A stretch of 64,000 nt of DNA from Alphaproteobacteria bacterium. GTDB taxonomy: Bacteria; Pseudomonadota; Alphaproteobacteria; GCA-2731375. This document shows, in pieces, positions 40,459 through 49,945 of this stretch. The notes beneath the pieces are model-generated. The model saw only the letters and a list, made by a program, of their open reading frames with translations, made no database searches and had not been told where the DNA came from. The stretch spans positions 6,912,001 to 6,976,000 of the forward strand of contig CBDDPY010000002.1 in assembly GCA_965232515.1 (NCBI GenBank), read 5' to 3'. Position numbers and translations under genes: made by a program. Positions within the stretch are counted from its first letter, which is position 1; the number at the start of each line of letters is the position of its first letter.

Positions 40459-40986
40459 ATGCTCCTGGACCGCATGACAGGCGGCCGTCGCTGGCTCGCC
40501 ACCCTCTTCATGGGGGTGGCGGCGCTCATGGGCGGCGCTCTGCTTGCATTGCTTGTGGGCAATGTGGGCGCGCGTGCGATCGGGGGTAACCCGGTCTGGG
40601 TGAGCGAAACGGCTCGCGTTCTCTTCGTTTGGGGAACCGCGCTGGGAATGATTTCGGTTTCCCTGTCCGGGCAGCATTTTCGCGTAGACCTGATGAACAA
40701 GGGTCCGGCAGAGGAGGAAGCCGGGGCTGGTCCGTGGGAACTCGTTCTCCAGCTCTCGGTCTGCGCCGTTCTTGCCTACATCGCCTGGTTCGCGTTCCCG
40801 ACGATACAACGAGCGGCGAGCCAGCCCATGGCCTCGATACCCCTGACCTACGGCGCCTTGCGCTCGGCGCTTGTCATGGCTCTCGCAGGCATGCTGACAG
40901 CTCATCTCTGGCGCGCGCTCGAAGTGATCATCTTCCTTTCGACAAGGCATTCAATACCAGACCAAAGCTCTGGAAGAACGGGCTGA
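40459..40986 (+). CDS. dctQ: TRAP small permease
   Basis: WVSETARVLFVW, HFRVD, four hydrophobic segments. Confidence 0.85.
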   Translation: MLLDRMTGGRRWLATLFMGVAALMGGALLALLVGNVGARAIGGNPVWVSETARVLFVWGTALGMISVSLSGQHFRVDLMNKGPAEEEAGAGPWELVLQLSVCAVLAYIAWFAFPTIQRAASQPMASIPLTYGALRSALVMALAGMLTAHLWRALEVIIFLSTRHSIPDQSSGRTG

Positions 40987-40989
40987 GCG

Positions 40990-42279
40990 TTGTTCGAGAT
41001 CGCCCCCCCTTTGCTTGTTCTCGGGACGCTTGTCGTTCTGATCATGCTGCGCATGCCGGTCGTCTTCGCCATCGGCGTCGCGGTTTGCCTCTATTTCGTC
41101 GATCAGAGGCTGCCGCCCGCCAACATCGCCGTGCGTATGGGATCGGCGCTGGACGCCAGCGTGCTCATGGCAATCCCGCTCTACCTCATGGCCGGTGAGT
41201 TCATGAACCGGTCCGGAGCGACCGCGAGGCTCGTCAAGTCGGCCGAAGCGTGTCTGAGCTGGATGCGAGGCGGACTAGCCCAGGCAAACATCCTCTCGTC
41301 GCTCGTTTTCGCGGGAATGTCGGGCTCCGCACTGGCCGACTCGGCCGGCATCGGGAAGATCATGATTCCTGCGATGAAGGCGCGCGGCTACGACCCCGGA
41401 TTCGCCGCCGCGGTGACCGCGTCTTCTTCAATAATCGGCCCTGTTTTCCCGCCAAGCATTCCCATGATCGTCTTTGGATCGATTACGGGCACATCCGTTG
41501 GCGCCTTGTTCCTTGGAGGTGTTCTTCCAGGCTTGGCTCTCACTTTCGCCCTGATGGTGTGGGTATGGTTCGCGGCACGGAAGATGGCGCTGACCGACAG
41601 CGAGGGCGTGGCGCCTTCCGCATCCGCCATCCTGCGCACCCTCGGGGAGGCGGCGCTGCCGTTGGCAACGCCGGTCATCATCCTTTCGGGAATATTCTGG
41701 GGCTACATGACCCCGACCGAAGCCGGAGCGGTCGCGGCACTCTACGCGGCTCTTCTCGGCGCTCTCGTCTACAGAACCGTCTCGTGGAGAGATCTTCTCG
41801 AAGGATCAGGCCGCGCGATGGTGCTGACGGCGGCCGTCATGGCGCTGCTGGCGATCGCCGCGGTACTCGGCTGGATCATCACACTCGAAGGTATTGCCCG
41901 CGACGTCAGCGCACTACTCGGTGGGCGGGACGCAAGCCTGGTGCTGGTCGTCCTGACTATCGTCGTAGCCATGCTTGTCGTCGGGATGTTCATGGATTCC
42001 ACGGCGGCCATGCTTGTCTTCGTGCCCGTCTTTTCGCAAATCGCAATCGACGCGGGTCTTGCTCCGGTACAGTTCGGCATTCTGGTCATTGTCGCGCTTC
42101 TCATCGGTCTCATCACGCCGCCCGTGGGGTTCTGTCTTTTTGTGACGGCCTCGATCGCCGAGATCCCCGTGACTCGCGTGATCCGAGCCGCCTTGCCGCT
42201 GATCCTCCCAATTCTGCTTGTCCTGGCAGGCATCGTCGCCGTCCCGGCCATGACGACCTGGCTACCCGGTCTGATGTGA
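40990..42279 (+). CDS. dctM: TRAP large permease
   Basis: GMSGSALAD, PPSIPMI, TPTEAG, ITPPVG. Confidence 0.93.
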   Translation: MFEIAPPLLVLGTLVVLIMLRMPVVFAIGVAVCLYFVDQRLPPANIAVRMGSALDASVLMAIPLYLMAGEFMNRSGATARLVKSAEACLSWMRGGLAQANILSSLVFAGMSGSALADSAGIGKIMIPAMKARGYDPGFAAAVTASSSIIGPVFPPSIPMIVFGSITGTSVGALFLGGVLPGLALTFALMVWVWFAARKMALTDSEGVAPSASAILRTLGEAALPLATPVIILSGIFWGYMTPTEAGAVAALYAALLGALVYRTVSWRDLLEGSGRAMVLTAAVMALLAIAAVLGWIITLEGIARDVSALLGGRDASLVLVVLTIVVAMLVVGMFMDSTAAMLVFVPVFSQIAIDAGLAPVQFGILVIVALLIGLITPPVGFCLFVTASIAEIPVTRVIRAALPLILPILLVLAGIVAVPAMTTWLPGLM

Positions 42280-42291
42280 AAAGAGGCCCCG

Positions 42292-43671
42292 ATGACACCA
42301 AGTTTACCAGACAGCGAGCTTCGCATCCTTTCCCACGGCATGCTGGGCTACGGGTTTCCAGTTGCCTCGCTCGAGCGCGCTATCGAAATCGGCCTTGATT
42401 TGATCGCCGTGGATGCGGGGAGCACGGATGCCGGTCCCTTCTATCTTGGGAGCGGCGCGCTTTTCGGCGCGCGTGAGATGGTCGTGCGGGACCTTCATAT
42501 GCTGGTCGAAGCGCAGGAGAATACCGGCGCGCCGATCATCATAGGTTCAGCCGGCGGCGCCGGGACGAACCGCCAGGTCGACGTCCTGCTCGAGGCGCTG
42601 TCCGAGGTGCTTATCGAGCGTGGGCTTTCCAAGAAAGTGGCGGTAATCCGCAGCGAGCTGGACAAGTCCATGGTTCACGGATCGCTCGACGAAGGCCGTG
42701 TCCGGACATTTGAGACCGAAGAAGCCTTGACGCACGGCGACATCGACGCGTCCCGCCACATCGTCGCACAGATCGGCCCCGAACCCATAATGGCGGCGCT
42801 CCGGAAAAAGCCAGACATCGTCATATCCGGCCGGGCCTGGGATGTCGCCAACGTGGCGGCGCTTCCGGTTTCGCTCGGCTACCCGAAAGGCCTCGCCTAT
42901 CATCTGGGCAAAATCCTTGAGTGTGGCGGACAGGCGGCGTTGCCTGTCGAGGGTTCGGACCTGCTGGTCGGGCGGCTCGCGTCCGATAGCTTCATCGTCG
43001 AGAGCCCACACGCCCGGAAGGTCTGTACGGTCGAATCGGTCTCCGCGCATACCCTTTACGAAAAAATCAATCCCATGCGGTTGCCCGGTCCGGGCGGCAT
43101 CGTGGATCTGACCAGAGCGCATTTCGAACAGATCGACGATGCGCGAGTCCGCGTCACCGGAAGCGGCTTCGAACCTTCTCCGGATTACACCTTGAAACTG
43201 GAGGGCGCGCGCCAGGTGGGTTTTCGACACGTCGCCATTGGCGGGATAAGAGATCCGCGCATGATTTCTCAAATCGAGCAGATCGAAGCCGAGATGCGAT
43301 CCCGGCTCGCGCAAAACCTGGAAGGACGGGTCGAGCCCGACGCCTATACGCTGACGATCCATCGTTATGGCCTCGACGGCGTGATGGGGCCTCTCGAGCC
43401 AATTCGGAAGCCGGGGCACGAACTGGGGCTTTTGGTGGACGCGGTCGGCGATACGCCTGAAATCGCTGAAACCGTCTGTGCGATGGCACGGTCGTTGCTT
43501 TTGCATTGGGGCTTCCCCGGCCGCATCGCCACGGCCGGCAACATGGCTTTCCCGTTCTCGCCGGCCGATCTTCCGGCCGGCAGGGTCTACGAGTTCAACA
43601 TCTATCACTTGATGGAAGTGGACGATCCGATCACCCTCTTTCCGTTCGAGATCCTGGAGATGCCTCGATGA
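42292..43671 (+). CDS. AtuA-like (DUF1446) protein
   Basis: GMLGYGFP, DAGSTDAGPFYLG, GKILECG, AHTLYEK, ATAGNMAFPFSP. Confidence 0.82.
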   Translation: MTPSLPDSELRILSHGMLGYGFPVASLERAIEIGLDLIAVDAGSTDAGPFYLGSGALFGAREMVVRDLHMLVEAQENTGAPIIIGSAGGAGTNRQVDVLLEALSEVLIERGLSKKVAVIRSELDKSMVHGSLDEGRVRTFETEEALTHGDIDASRHIVAQIGPEPIMAALRKKPDIVISGRAWDVANVAALPVSLGYPKGLAYHLGKILECGGQAALPVEGSDLLVGRLASDSFIVESPHARKVCTVESVSAHTLYEKINPMRLPGPGGIVDLTRAHFEQIDDARVRVTGSGFEPSPDYTLKLEGARQVGFRHVAIGGIRDPRMISQIEQIEAEMRSRLAQNLEGRVEPDAYTLTIHRYGLDGVMGPLEPIRKPGHELGLLVDAVGDTPEIAETVCAMARSLLLHWGFPGRIATAGNMAFPFSPADLPAGRVYEFNIYHLMEVDDPITLFPFEILEMPR

Positions 43672-43976
43672 AGCTGGGAGAAATCGCGAAGGTCGTCCGC
43701 AGCAAGAATGCCGGTCCGTTCATCTTGACGTTCGACGTCATTTTGGCAGACGCAGAGGCTTTCGAGCGGCTACGTGCGAGCGCAACCCTAACACGCGAGA
43801 CCGTGGCGCGGGCGTACAGGGTCTCGCCCAACGAGATCCTCGAATTCGACTACTACCCCTTTGCAAACGCCGTCAAGTTCTCGCTCCGCCGTCCGGTGCC
43901 CTCTGGCGCTCCACGCGACACCGACGTCTACGGCGCTCAGCAGCATGTGCCATTGCTTGAGATAGAGATTGGTTGA
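43668..43976 (+). CDS. DUF4387-like small protein
   Basis: RSKNAGPF, DVYGAQQHVPL; ATGA-coupled to the AtuA-like gene. Confidence 0.82.
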   Translation: MKLGEIAKVVRSKNAGPFILTFDVILADAEAFERLRASATLTRETVARAYRVSPNEILEFDYYPFANAVKFSLRRPVPSGAPRDTDVYGAQQHVPLLEIEIG

Positions 43977-44775
43977 GCCTTCTCTCCCCGATCTGTCCGA
44001 GGCCGAGGCGAAAGGCGAGACGGCCGCTCTCTTCGATCGCATACGAGCCGAGAGCGGATCGGCGCTCGTAAACTACGTCTGGCGACATTTGGCGACGATC
44101 CCCGGAGGGGCGGCGCTGTGGTGCTGGGATGTCGCGATGGCAAACGATACGTCGCGCGCGCAGGCAGCGATCGCAACCGTTGCGGATCGGGAAGCCGCGG
44201 GCCTGGCTGGACCTCGACCGAGCTTCGCGTTCGCTGATCCTGTCGTGGTGCGCCTTCTCGAAGCATACAACCGAAACAACGCGGCAAATCTGGCGCGTGT
44301 CTCATTGCTGCTAGCGGCACTAGATGCGCCAACCGACCGTCACATCCGGCGAACGCAGGAAGAGCCGCAAGAGGAGGCTCCGCCGTGCAGTCCCGCTCGG
44401 GATTCCGGCCTGCCGCCGCTCCCGGAACCGGCCGACCTGTCCGAGACGGATCGGTCGGCCGCGGAACGCCTTGCAGAAGCGGGGCCCGCGGCGGGTTGTG
44501 GCGTGAGTCCCAGTCTCTGGCGCCATCTTACGGTGCACCACGGACTGTTGCCGCGCCTCGCTCCCGAGCTCTCGACGGTCCTCGGCAGCACGACCTTTGC
44601 GGCAGCGCATGATCAGGTCCGAAGCACCGCCAGACCAGACAATCGGCCGCGGCTACCGGACAGATCGGTTGAATTCGACGTAGCGGCCGTCAGACGCAGC
44701 CTCGAAGCTTTCGCGGCGCGCATCGCCGAGCTCACGCTGGCAGGCCGTGTCGTGGTCCGCTGGTGCTCTTCATGA
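43969..44775 (+). CDS. Hypothetical protein with DehI/AhpD-like internal duplication
   Basis: EAEAKGETAALFDRIR..VNYVWRHLA, second half SPSLWRHLT. Confidence 0.6.
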   Translation: MVEPSLPDLSEAEAKGETAALFDRIRAESGSALVNYVWRHLATIPGGAALWCWDVAMANDTSRAQAAIATVADREAAGLAGPRPSFAFADPVVVRLLEAYNRNNAANLARVSLLLAALDAPTDRHIRRTQEEPQEEAPPCSPARDSGLPPLPEPADLSETDRSAAERLAEAGPAAGCGVSPSLWRHLTVHHGLLPRLAPELSTVLGSTTFAAAHDQVRSTARPDNRPRLPDRSVEFDVAAVRRSLEAFAARIAELTLAGRVVVRWCSS

Positions 44776-44795
44776 CCCGACAGCAAAAGGACAAC

Positions 44796-46127
44796 ATGCC
44801 GATGACGCTCGCTGAAACAGTCGAACTGCAACTTGCCCGCCAGGCGAGATTGAATCCTGAACTCCGGGCGCTGATTACCACTATGGATGCCGAAGCGCGT
44901 CACGACGCGGCCCGGACTACGGCCGCCGGTCCCCTCTCGGGACTTACCGTGTCGGTCAAGGACAACATCGATGTCGCGGGCGTGCGTAGCACTGCCGGTT
45001 CTACATTCTTCGCGGACCGCGTCGCCAACGCCGATGCCACAGTGTCGGCCAGGCTTCGTTCGGCTGGGGGGGTCATGATCGGGAAGGCGAACCTGCACGA
45101 GTTCGCTTTTGGCGGGACCACGCAGAACCCCCACCACGGGCGATGCCGAAATCCATGGGATACGGAGCGGATCCCAGGCGGGTCGTCGGGGGGATCCGGA
45201 GCTTCCGTGGCCGCTGGGATGTGCGACGTGTCGCTTGGTACGGACACCGGCGGGTCGATCCGGATTCCGGCGGCATTGAACGGCGTAGTGGGTCTGCGCC
45301 CCACTGTCGGACGTGTGCCGAACACCGGATCGGTCCCTGTCTCGGAACAGTTCGACACGATCGGTCCGCTCGCCTACTCGGCTCGGGACGCCGCAGCGGT
45401 GTTCGAGGCGATCGCGGGATATGATCCCAAGTGCGAGATGAGCGTCAACCACCCGGTGGAGAGCTGGACATCGATCCGCGCGCGTGGCCTAGGGGGGCTG
45501 AAGGTCGGAATCCCCCGGACGTTCTTCTTCGAGAGCATCGATCCGGAAGTGGAATCCGCTGTCCGTGCGCTGATAGGAACCCTCTCGGACCTCGGTCTCT
45601 TCGTGCATGAGATCGATCTGCCGGGGGCAGAGCACATCCACGCACAGTTGAGCAACGTTCTCCTCTGCGATGCAGCCGCGTACCACAGAAGGCGATTGGA
45701 GGAGGCGCCGGGCCGTTTTGGCGAGGATGTCAGAGAGCGCATGATGATCGGCTACAAAACCACCGGGCTGGATTACGCCGATGGACTCTTCGCTCAGAGG
45801 CAATGGCGGCGTCAGATTGAAGAGCTGTTCCAGGCGGTTGATCTGGTTGTCACCCCCACCGTAGGCTTCGCGGCACCGAGAATTTCCGAAAGCGCCCGTA
45901 TGATCGAGGCAACCCGGGGACTGACGCGTCTGACATTCCCATGGTCCTTTGCGCAGGTGCCGGCGCTTAGCCTGCCTTGCGGCTTTACCGGTGAAGGACT
46001 TCCGATCGGCGGACAGCTTGTTGGGCGGCACTTCGAAGAAGCACTGCTCTTCGCGGTCGCAGACGCCGTGCAGGAGGTGACGGAGTTTCACAAGAACCGA
46101 CCGGCGCTCTGGATCGATCATCCATAA
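44796..46127 (+). CDS. Amidase-signature family enzyme
   Basis: SVKD, PGGSSGGSG, GTDTGGSIRIPAA. Confidence 0.9.
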   Translation: MPMTLAETVELQLARQARLNPELRALITTMDAEARHDAARTTAAGPLSGLTVSVKDNIDVAGVRSTAGSTFFADRVANADATVSARLRSAGGVMIGKANLHEFAFGGTTQNPHHGRCRNPWDTERIPGGSSGGSGASVAAGMCDVSLGTDTGGSIRIPAALNGVVGLRPTVGRVPNTGSVPVSEQFDTIGPLAYSARDAAAVFEAIAGYDPKCEMSVNHPVESWTSIRARGLGGLKVGIPRTFFFESIDPEVESAVRALIGTLSDLGLFVHEIDLPGAEHIHAQLSNVLLCDAAAYHRRRLEEAPGRFGEDVRERMMIGYKTTGLDYADGLFAQRQWRRQIEELFQAVDLVVTPTVGFAAPRISESARMIEATRGLTRLTFPWSFAQVPALSLPCGFTGEGLPIGGQLVGRHFEEALLFAVADAVQEVTEFHKNRPALWIDHP

Positions 46128-46141
46128 CTCTCCGAGAAATC

Positions 46142-46855
46142 ATGAACACAGAGAAAACCACGCCGCTCCGCCTTGAACGCCGCCCCTCGTTGACACGCGC
46201 CGCGGCCAACCGTCTGCGGAAGGCCATCGTGGAAGGCGAGCTCCATCAGGGGCAGCATCTGGTTGAAACTGACATGGCGGAGAAGCTCGGGATCAGCCGG
46301 GGGCCGCTCAGGGAGGCGTTCAAGCTGCTCGCGGCCGAGGGACTCCTCGAGATCCGGCAGGAACGGGGGGTATTCGTACCCAGACATTCCGACGTCGAGG
46401 TCGAGCAAATGATCATTGCGCGCGCGATGATCGAGGGAACCGCCGCACGTCTCTTCGTTCTTCGCGCCGATCCGCAGATGCGAACTCGCCTTGAGGAGTT
46501 ACTGGCAGCGATGGAGGTCGAGGCCGAGAGCGCCGACACGAGCGCATGGCGCGAGGTCGACTGGAGGTTTCACGAAACGGTTCTTGTAGGCTCTGGCAAT
46601 CCTTTCCTCAGACGGGCCTGGGCAACAATCGGCACGCTCTTGCGCGTCTACATGATGCAGATGAACCGGCTCTACGACGAGCAAAGAGCGCAAGCCATGG
46701 AAAACCACAGACGTCTTGCAAAGGCGTTGCTGGGGGATGATCCAGCCGAAGCCGAGGCGCTATTCCGGAGAATAATTTTAACCACCGGCTACTTCGTTCT
46801 TGGCCGAAATGCGCCCGCTGGACTTGTCGATGAAGACGAGAACAAGGAGACGTGA
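46142..46855 (+). CDS. GntR-family regulator (FCD domain)
   Basis: ETDMAEKLGISRGPLREAF; DWRFH, SGNPFL. Confidence 0.92.
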   Translation: MNTEKTTPLRLERRPSLTRAAANRLRKAIVEGELHQGQHLVETDMAEKLGISRGPLREAFKLLAAEGLLEIRQERGVFVPRHSDVEVEQMIIARAMIEGTAARLFVLRADPQMRTRLEELLAAMEVEAESADTSAWREVDWRFHETVLVGSGNPFLRRAWATIGTLLRVYMMQMNRLYDEQRAQAMENHRRLAKALLGDDPAEAEALFRRIILTTGYFVLGRNAPAGLVDEDENKET

Positions 46856-46959
46856 TGTCACCTTTCCAGCGGCTGAAGGAGGAGATCGCAGTCACCGACA
46901 CAGCCCTGTGCGACGGGCTGCAAACTTACCCTAAGTGTATTCGCTCGAGATCACGCTAG
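46855..46959 (+). pseudogene. Possible N-terminal stub of an HMG-CoA-lyase-like (DRE-TIM) enzyme
   Basis: TGATG-coupled 34-codon ORF MSPFQRLKEEIAVTDTALCDGLQTYP, similar to the D-x-x-x-RDGLQ motif. Confidence 0.5.
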
Positions 46960-47361
46960 GCGTTCTCGAGGCTATCGTCGGAGCTGAACTCAGGATCGAC
47001 AGAGCTCACCTTTTTCGTGCGCCCTGATTGATTTGCTATCTTAAAACGCAGAACGCATTACAAAGCTCGAAACTGAATCAGCAAAGTAATGAAATTCTCC
47101 CCTGATTGCGAATTGTCGTGGTTTGAGGTGAGCGGTGGGGGGCCGGCGTGGACCAGTTGGTTGTCTTGGCGGCCCCTTCGGATGCCTATGCTCGTCGCAA
47201 TCAGGGAATCGACAGCCACGCAACAGCTGGCAGACTGGCGCTCAACGGCGACTCCGGCCGGATGCGCGTGAAGTCGATCGCAAACATCTCAACGAGCGCA
47301 TGCGTGGAAGGGACGGCGGATTTCGGCGCTGTCATCTGCGTGCGCTTGCGTAGCACGTTCG

Positions 47362-47472
47362 GAGATCCCCAGCATGATGGCCGAGGTCGACGCGCTGGCC
47401 GGACAAAGAATCATTCTGGACTATTTTCTCAAGCCCGTCGCCAAGGTCCGGAAAAAGGCCTTCCGCCAGTAG
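47362..47472 (+). pseudogene. C-terminal fragment of an HlyD-family type I secretion adaptor
   Basis: EIPSMMAEVDALAGQRIILDYFLKPVAKVRKKAFRQ* resembles the PGMxAEVDI..G.R..LDY.LKP...AFRE tail. Confidence 0.65.
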
Positions 47473-47648
47473 GCACTGGTGCCGCGCAGGGATGTGCCTG
47501 CTTCCCGCGGCATCTGCCGTTTGCTCGCTTGCTGCCGCGGTTTCTCCGCTTCGTGCCTTGTGCCGGGTTCGGTCCGACCAACGAAAAGATAGAGATACCA
47601 ATATAGGCCTTTCTCCATCGCCTTGTAATGGTGGGGAAAAAAGACCGG

Positions 47649-47765
47649 TCGATAGCGTTCCTGAGACAGGGCTCCTTCCGCAAGTTCCCGGTTGAACGGA
47701 AGGCCCAGGATGGTGTCTCGCAGCGCTCTGGTTTCCGCCCACGCGTATTCGGTGAACTTGCTCAT
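47649..47765 (-). pseudogene. tenA: TenA (thiaminase II) N-terminal fragment
   Basis: MSKFTEYAW...LPFNRELAEGALSQERYR then similarity is lost; ATGA-coupled to thiD. Confidence 0.72.
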
Positions 47766-48601
47766 GCGGTTTGGCGCTCCGGCAAATGGTCGGGCCACAA
47801 AGCATGGAAGTGATGCACCGGACCGTGGCCGTGACCCACATCGAGATGGCCACTCTCGCGGATGGCGTCGGTAGTGTAGCGCTTGGCCTCTTTAACGGCA
47901 TCTTCAACGGAAGAATGTCGTGGCAGAAGGGCCGCGATGGCGGCCGATAGCGTACAGCCTGTCCCGTGCGTGTTTTTCGTTGCGATACGATTGGCTTTTA
48001 GTTCGATGACGTCTTTCCCGTCAAACAGCAAGTCGGAACTGGTGGTCCCCTCCAGATGCCCGCCCTTGAGCAGAACGTGCGAGGGGCCGAGGTCGTGAAG
48101 GGCGCGCACGGTATCGTGCATGGCGTCAAAGGTCTTTGGTGTGTCTCGTCCGAGCAGGACGCCCGCTTCCGGAAGGTTCGGTGTAACGACCCTGGCGATC
48201 GGCAAAAGTTGATCGCGGACCGTTTCGATCGCCGTATCGTCCAGCAGCCGGTCGCCGCTCTTCGCCACCATCACTGGATCGAGGACGATGTTCGTGGCTT
48301 CATATCGTTGAAGGCGATCAACGATTATCGCGGCGACCTCCGCCGTATGCACCATTCCAATTTTCAAGGCATCGACTCGCACGTCAGAGAAAACGCTATC
48401 GATCTGCGCGGCGACGAAATCCACAGGCACGGCATGGACGAAATCGACGCCGCGCGTGTTCTGCGCAACAAGCGCTGTTATGACTGACATGCCGTAGGCG
48501 CCAAGGGCTGAGAAAGCCTTCAAGTCCGCCTGTATCCCTGCACTGCCGGTGGGATCGGTGCCGGCGATCGTCAGCAAGTTCGGGATTTTCGAAAGGGACA
48601 C
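47762..48601 (-). CDS. thiD: HMP/HMP-P kinase
   Basis: IAGTDPTGSAGIQADLK, DPVMVAKSG, THGTGCTLS. Confidence 0.93.
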   Translation of the reverse strand: MSLSKIPNLLTIAGTDPTGSAGIQADLKAFSALGAYGMSVITALVAQNTRGVDFVHAVPVDFVAAQIDSVFSDVRVDALKIGMVHTAEVAAIIVDRLQRYEATNIVLDPVMVAKSGDRLLDDTAIETVRDQLLPIARVVTPNLPEAGVLLGRDTPKTFDAMHDTVRALHDLGPSHVLLKGGHLEGTTSSDLLFDGKDVIELKANRIATKNTHGTGCTLSAAIAALLPRHSSVEDAVKEAKRYTTDAIRESGHLDVGHGHGPVHHFHALWPDHLPERQTA

Positions 48602-48652
48602 GGTATCTTGTCTCTCAAGTTTGCCTTTGCCGCCGGTGCACAAGCTGTTCGT

Positions 48653-49102
48653 TCACTGGCCTTCGAAATGGAGCACGATCTCGCGTGGCCGAGGCTTTCG
48701 GCGATGCTCGAAGAGAAAGATGCCCTGGTAGCGTCCGAGCAACAGTTCTCCTTCGAAGATGGGGACCGCTAAATTGGTCTGCGTGAGCGCACCCTTGATG
48801 TGGGCGGGCATGTCGTCAGGCCCTTCCGCGTCATGACGGTAGAGCTCGATGTCTTCAGGCACTTGCGCCGCGAAGAAATCTTCCAGATCGCGCAGAACGT
48901 CGAAGTCTTCGTTTTCCTGGATGAGAAGCGACGCCGATGTATGCCGTATAAAGAGCGTCAGCAGCCCGGACGACAGAGAGTTTGCTTCAGCCCAATCCTG
49001 AATGTCCCCGGTGATCTCGTACAGCCCTTGTTTAGGCGTCGTCACGGTATGACGCGCTTGGGCGAATATTTTGAAGTATTGGGGCGATGTGACCGCATCC
49101 AT
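48653..49102 (-). CDS. yjbQ: YjbQ/UPF0047 protein (secondary thiamine-phosphate synthase activity in homologs)
   Basis: HTSASLLIQEN, HDAEGPDDMPAHIK, GRYQGIFLFEHR. Confidence 0.88.
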   Translation of the reverse strand: MDAVTSPQYFKIFAQARHTVTTPKQGLYEITGDIQDWAEANSLSSGLLTLFIRHTSASLLIQENEDFDVLRDLEDFFAAQVPEDIELYRHDAEGPDDMPAHIKGALTQTNLAVPIFEGELLLGRYQGIFLFEHRRKPRPREIVLHFEGQ

Positions 49103-49113
49103 ATCAATCTTCC

Positions 49114-49461
49114 TCAATAGCGGGGCATGTCCGGTTCTATATGGCGCGACCATGCGTCGATCCCGCCGACAAGGTTCCAAGCGTTGTCAAATCCGTTCTT
49201 GCGAAGAAACTCCGTCACCATGGCGCTGCGTATGCCGTGATGGCAGACAACGATGAGCGGGTTCTTGCGGGGCAGCCCCTCGAGTTCGTTTGGAACTTGC
49301 TGCATCGAAATGGTGGCGCTGCCATCAATGATGCACACGGCCAGTTCCTCCGGTTCCCGAATATCGAGCACCAGGTGGGGAGCCCCGTCGTTTCGCATTT
49401 CGGCGAGTTGATGAACGCCGATATCGTGACTTGTTTCCTGCATCTCGTCCGCCCCGCTCAT
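49114..49461 (-). CDS. Single-domain rhodanese
   Basis: LDIREPEE, CHHGIRS, GGIDAW. Confidence 0.88.
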   Translation of the reverse strand: MSGADEMQETSHDIGVHQLAEMRNDGAPHLVLDIREPEELAVCIIDGSATISMQQVPNELEGLPRKNPLIVVCHHGIRSAMVTEFLRKNGFDNAWNLVGGIDAWSRHIEPDMPRY

Positions 49462-49494
49462 GTATAGACACCAAGCGTTGCCGGGGTCGTTCGT

Positions 49495-49743
49495 CTAGTA
49501 ATTGATCGCATCCAGGAACACACAATCCGGCGGATCGGCCTCGCGCGGACCAAGGCGTTCGTCGTATCGGAACAAAGTCGCGCAGTAAGGACAGAGGATC
49601 GTGTCGTCCTTCCCCATGTCGAGATAGATGTGCGGGTGGTCCTGGGGCGCAGAAGCGCCGGCGCACTTAAACTCCTTCGTGCCGATGCGAATCTCCGAAA
49701 CTCCGTGATCGTTCTTGAACTTTGCATAGTTTTCATGGGCCAT
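49495..49743 (-). CDS. zf-CHCC zinc-finger protein (NDUFS6-like)
   Basis: C..DHPHIYL..CPYC. Confidence 0.82.
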   Translation of the reverse strand: MAHENYAKFKNDHGVSEIRIGTKEFKCAGASAPQDHPHIYLDMGKDDTILCPYCATLFRYDERLGPREADPPDCVFLDAINY

Positions 49744-49945
49744 TTCGCCCAGCCAACTCGTTCTCGATGATGCCAACTTCCGTAAACTGATGTTCCAGCG
49801 ACCGGTCGGTCAGCATGCCGCTGTCGATCAGCTTGCGAAGCTCGCCGAGCTTCGTCTCAAGTTCAGCCTTGCTGAACTTCGCCCAAGGATTCGCTTCCTT
49901 TGGCGATAGGCTCGTTTCCGGGCGCACGCACGACCGCTGCGTCAT
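49733..49945 (-). CDS. Small hypothetical protein (start uncertain)
   Basis: Fills the gap in the operon, ATGA-coupled to nfu, amphipathic helical sequence. Confidence 0.5.
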   Translation of the reverse strand: MTQRSCVRPETSLSPKEANPWAKFSKAELETKLGELRKLIDSGMLTDRSLEHQFTEVGIIENELAGRNGP

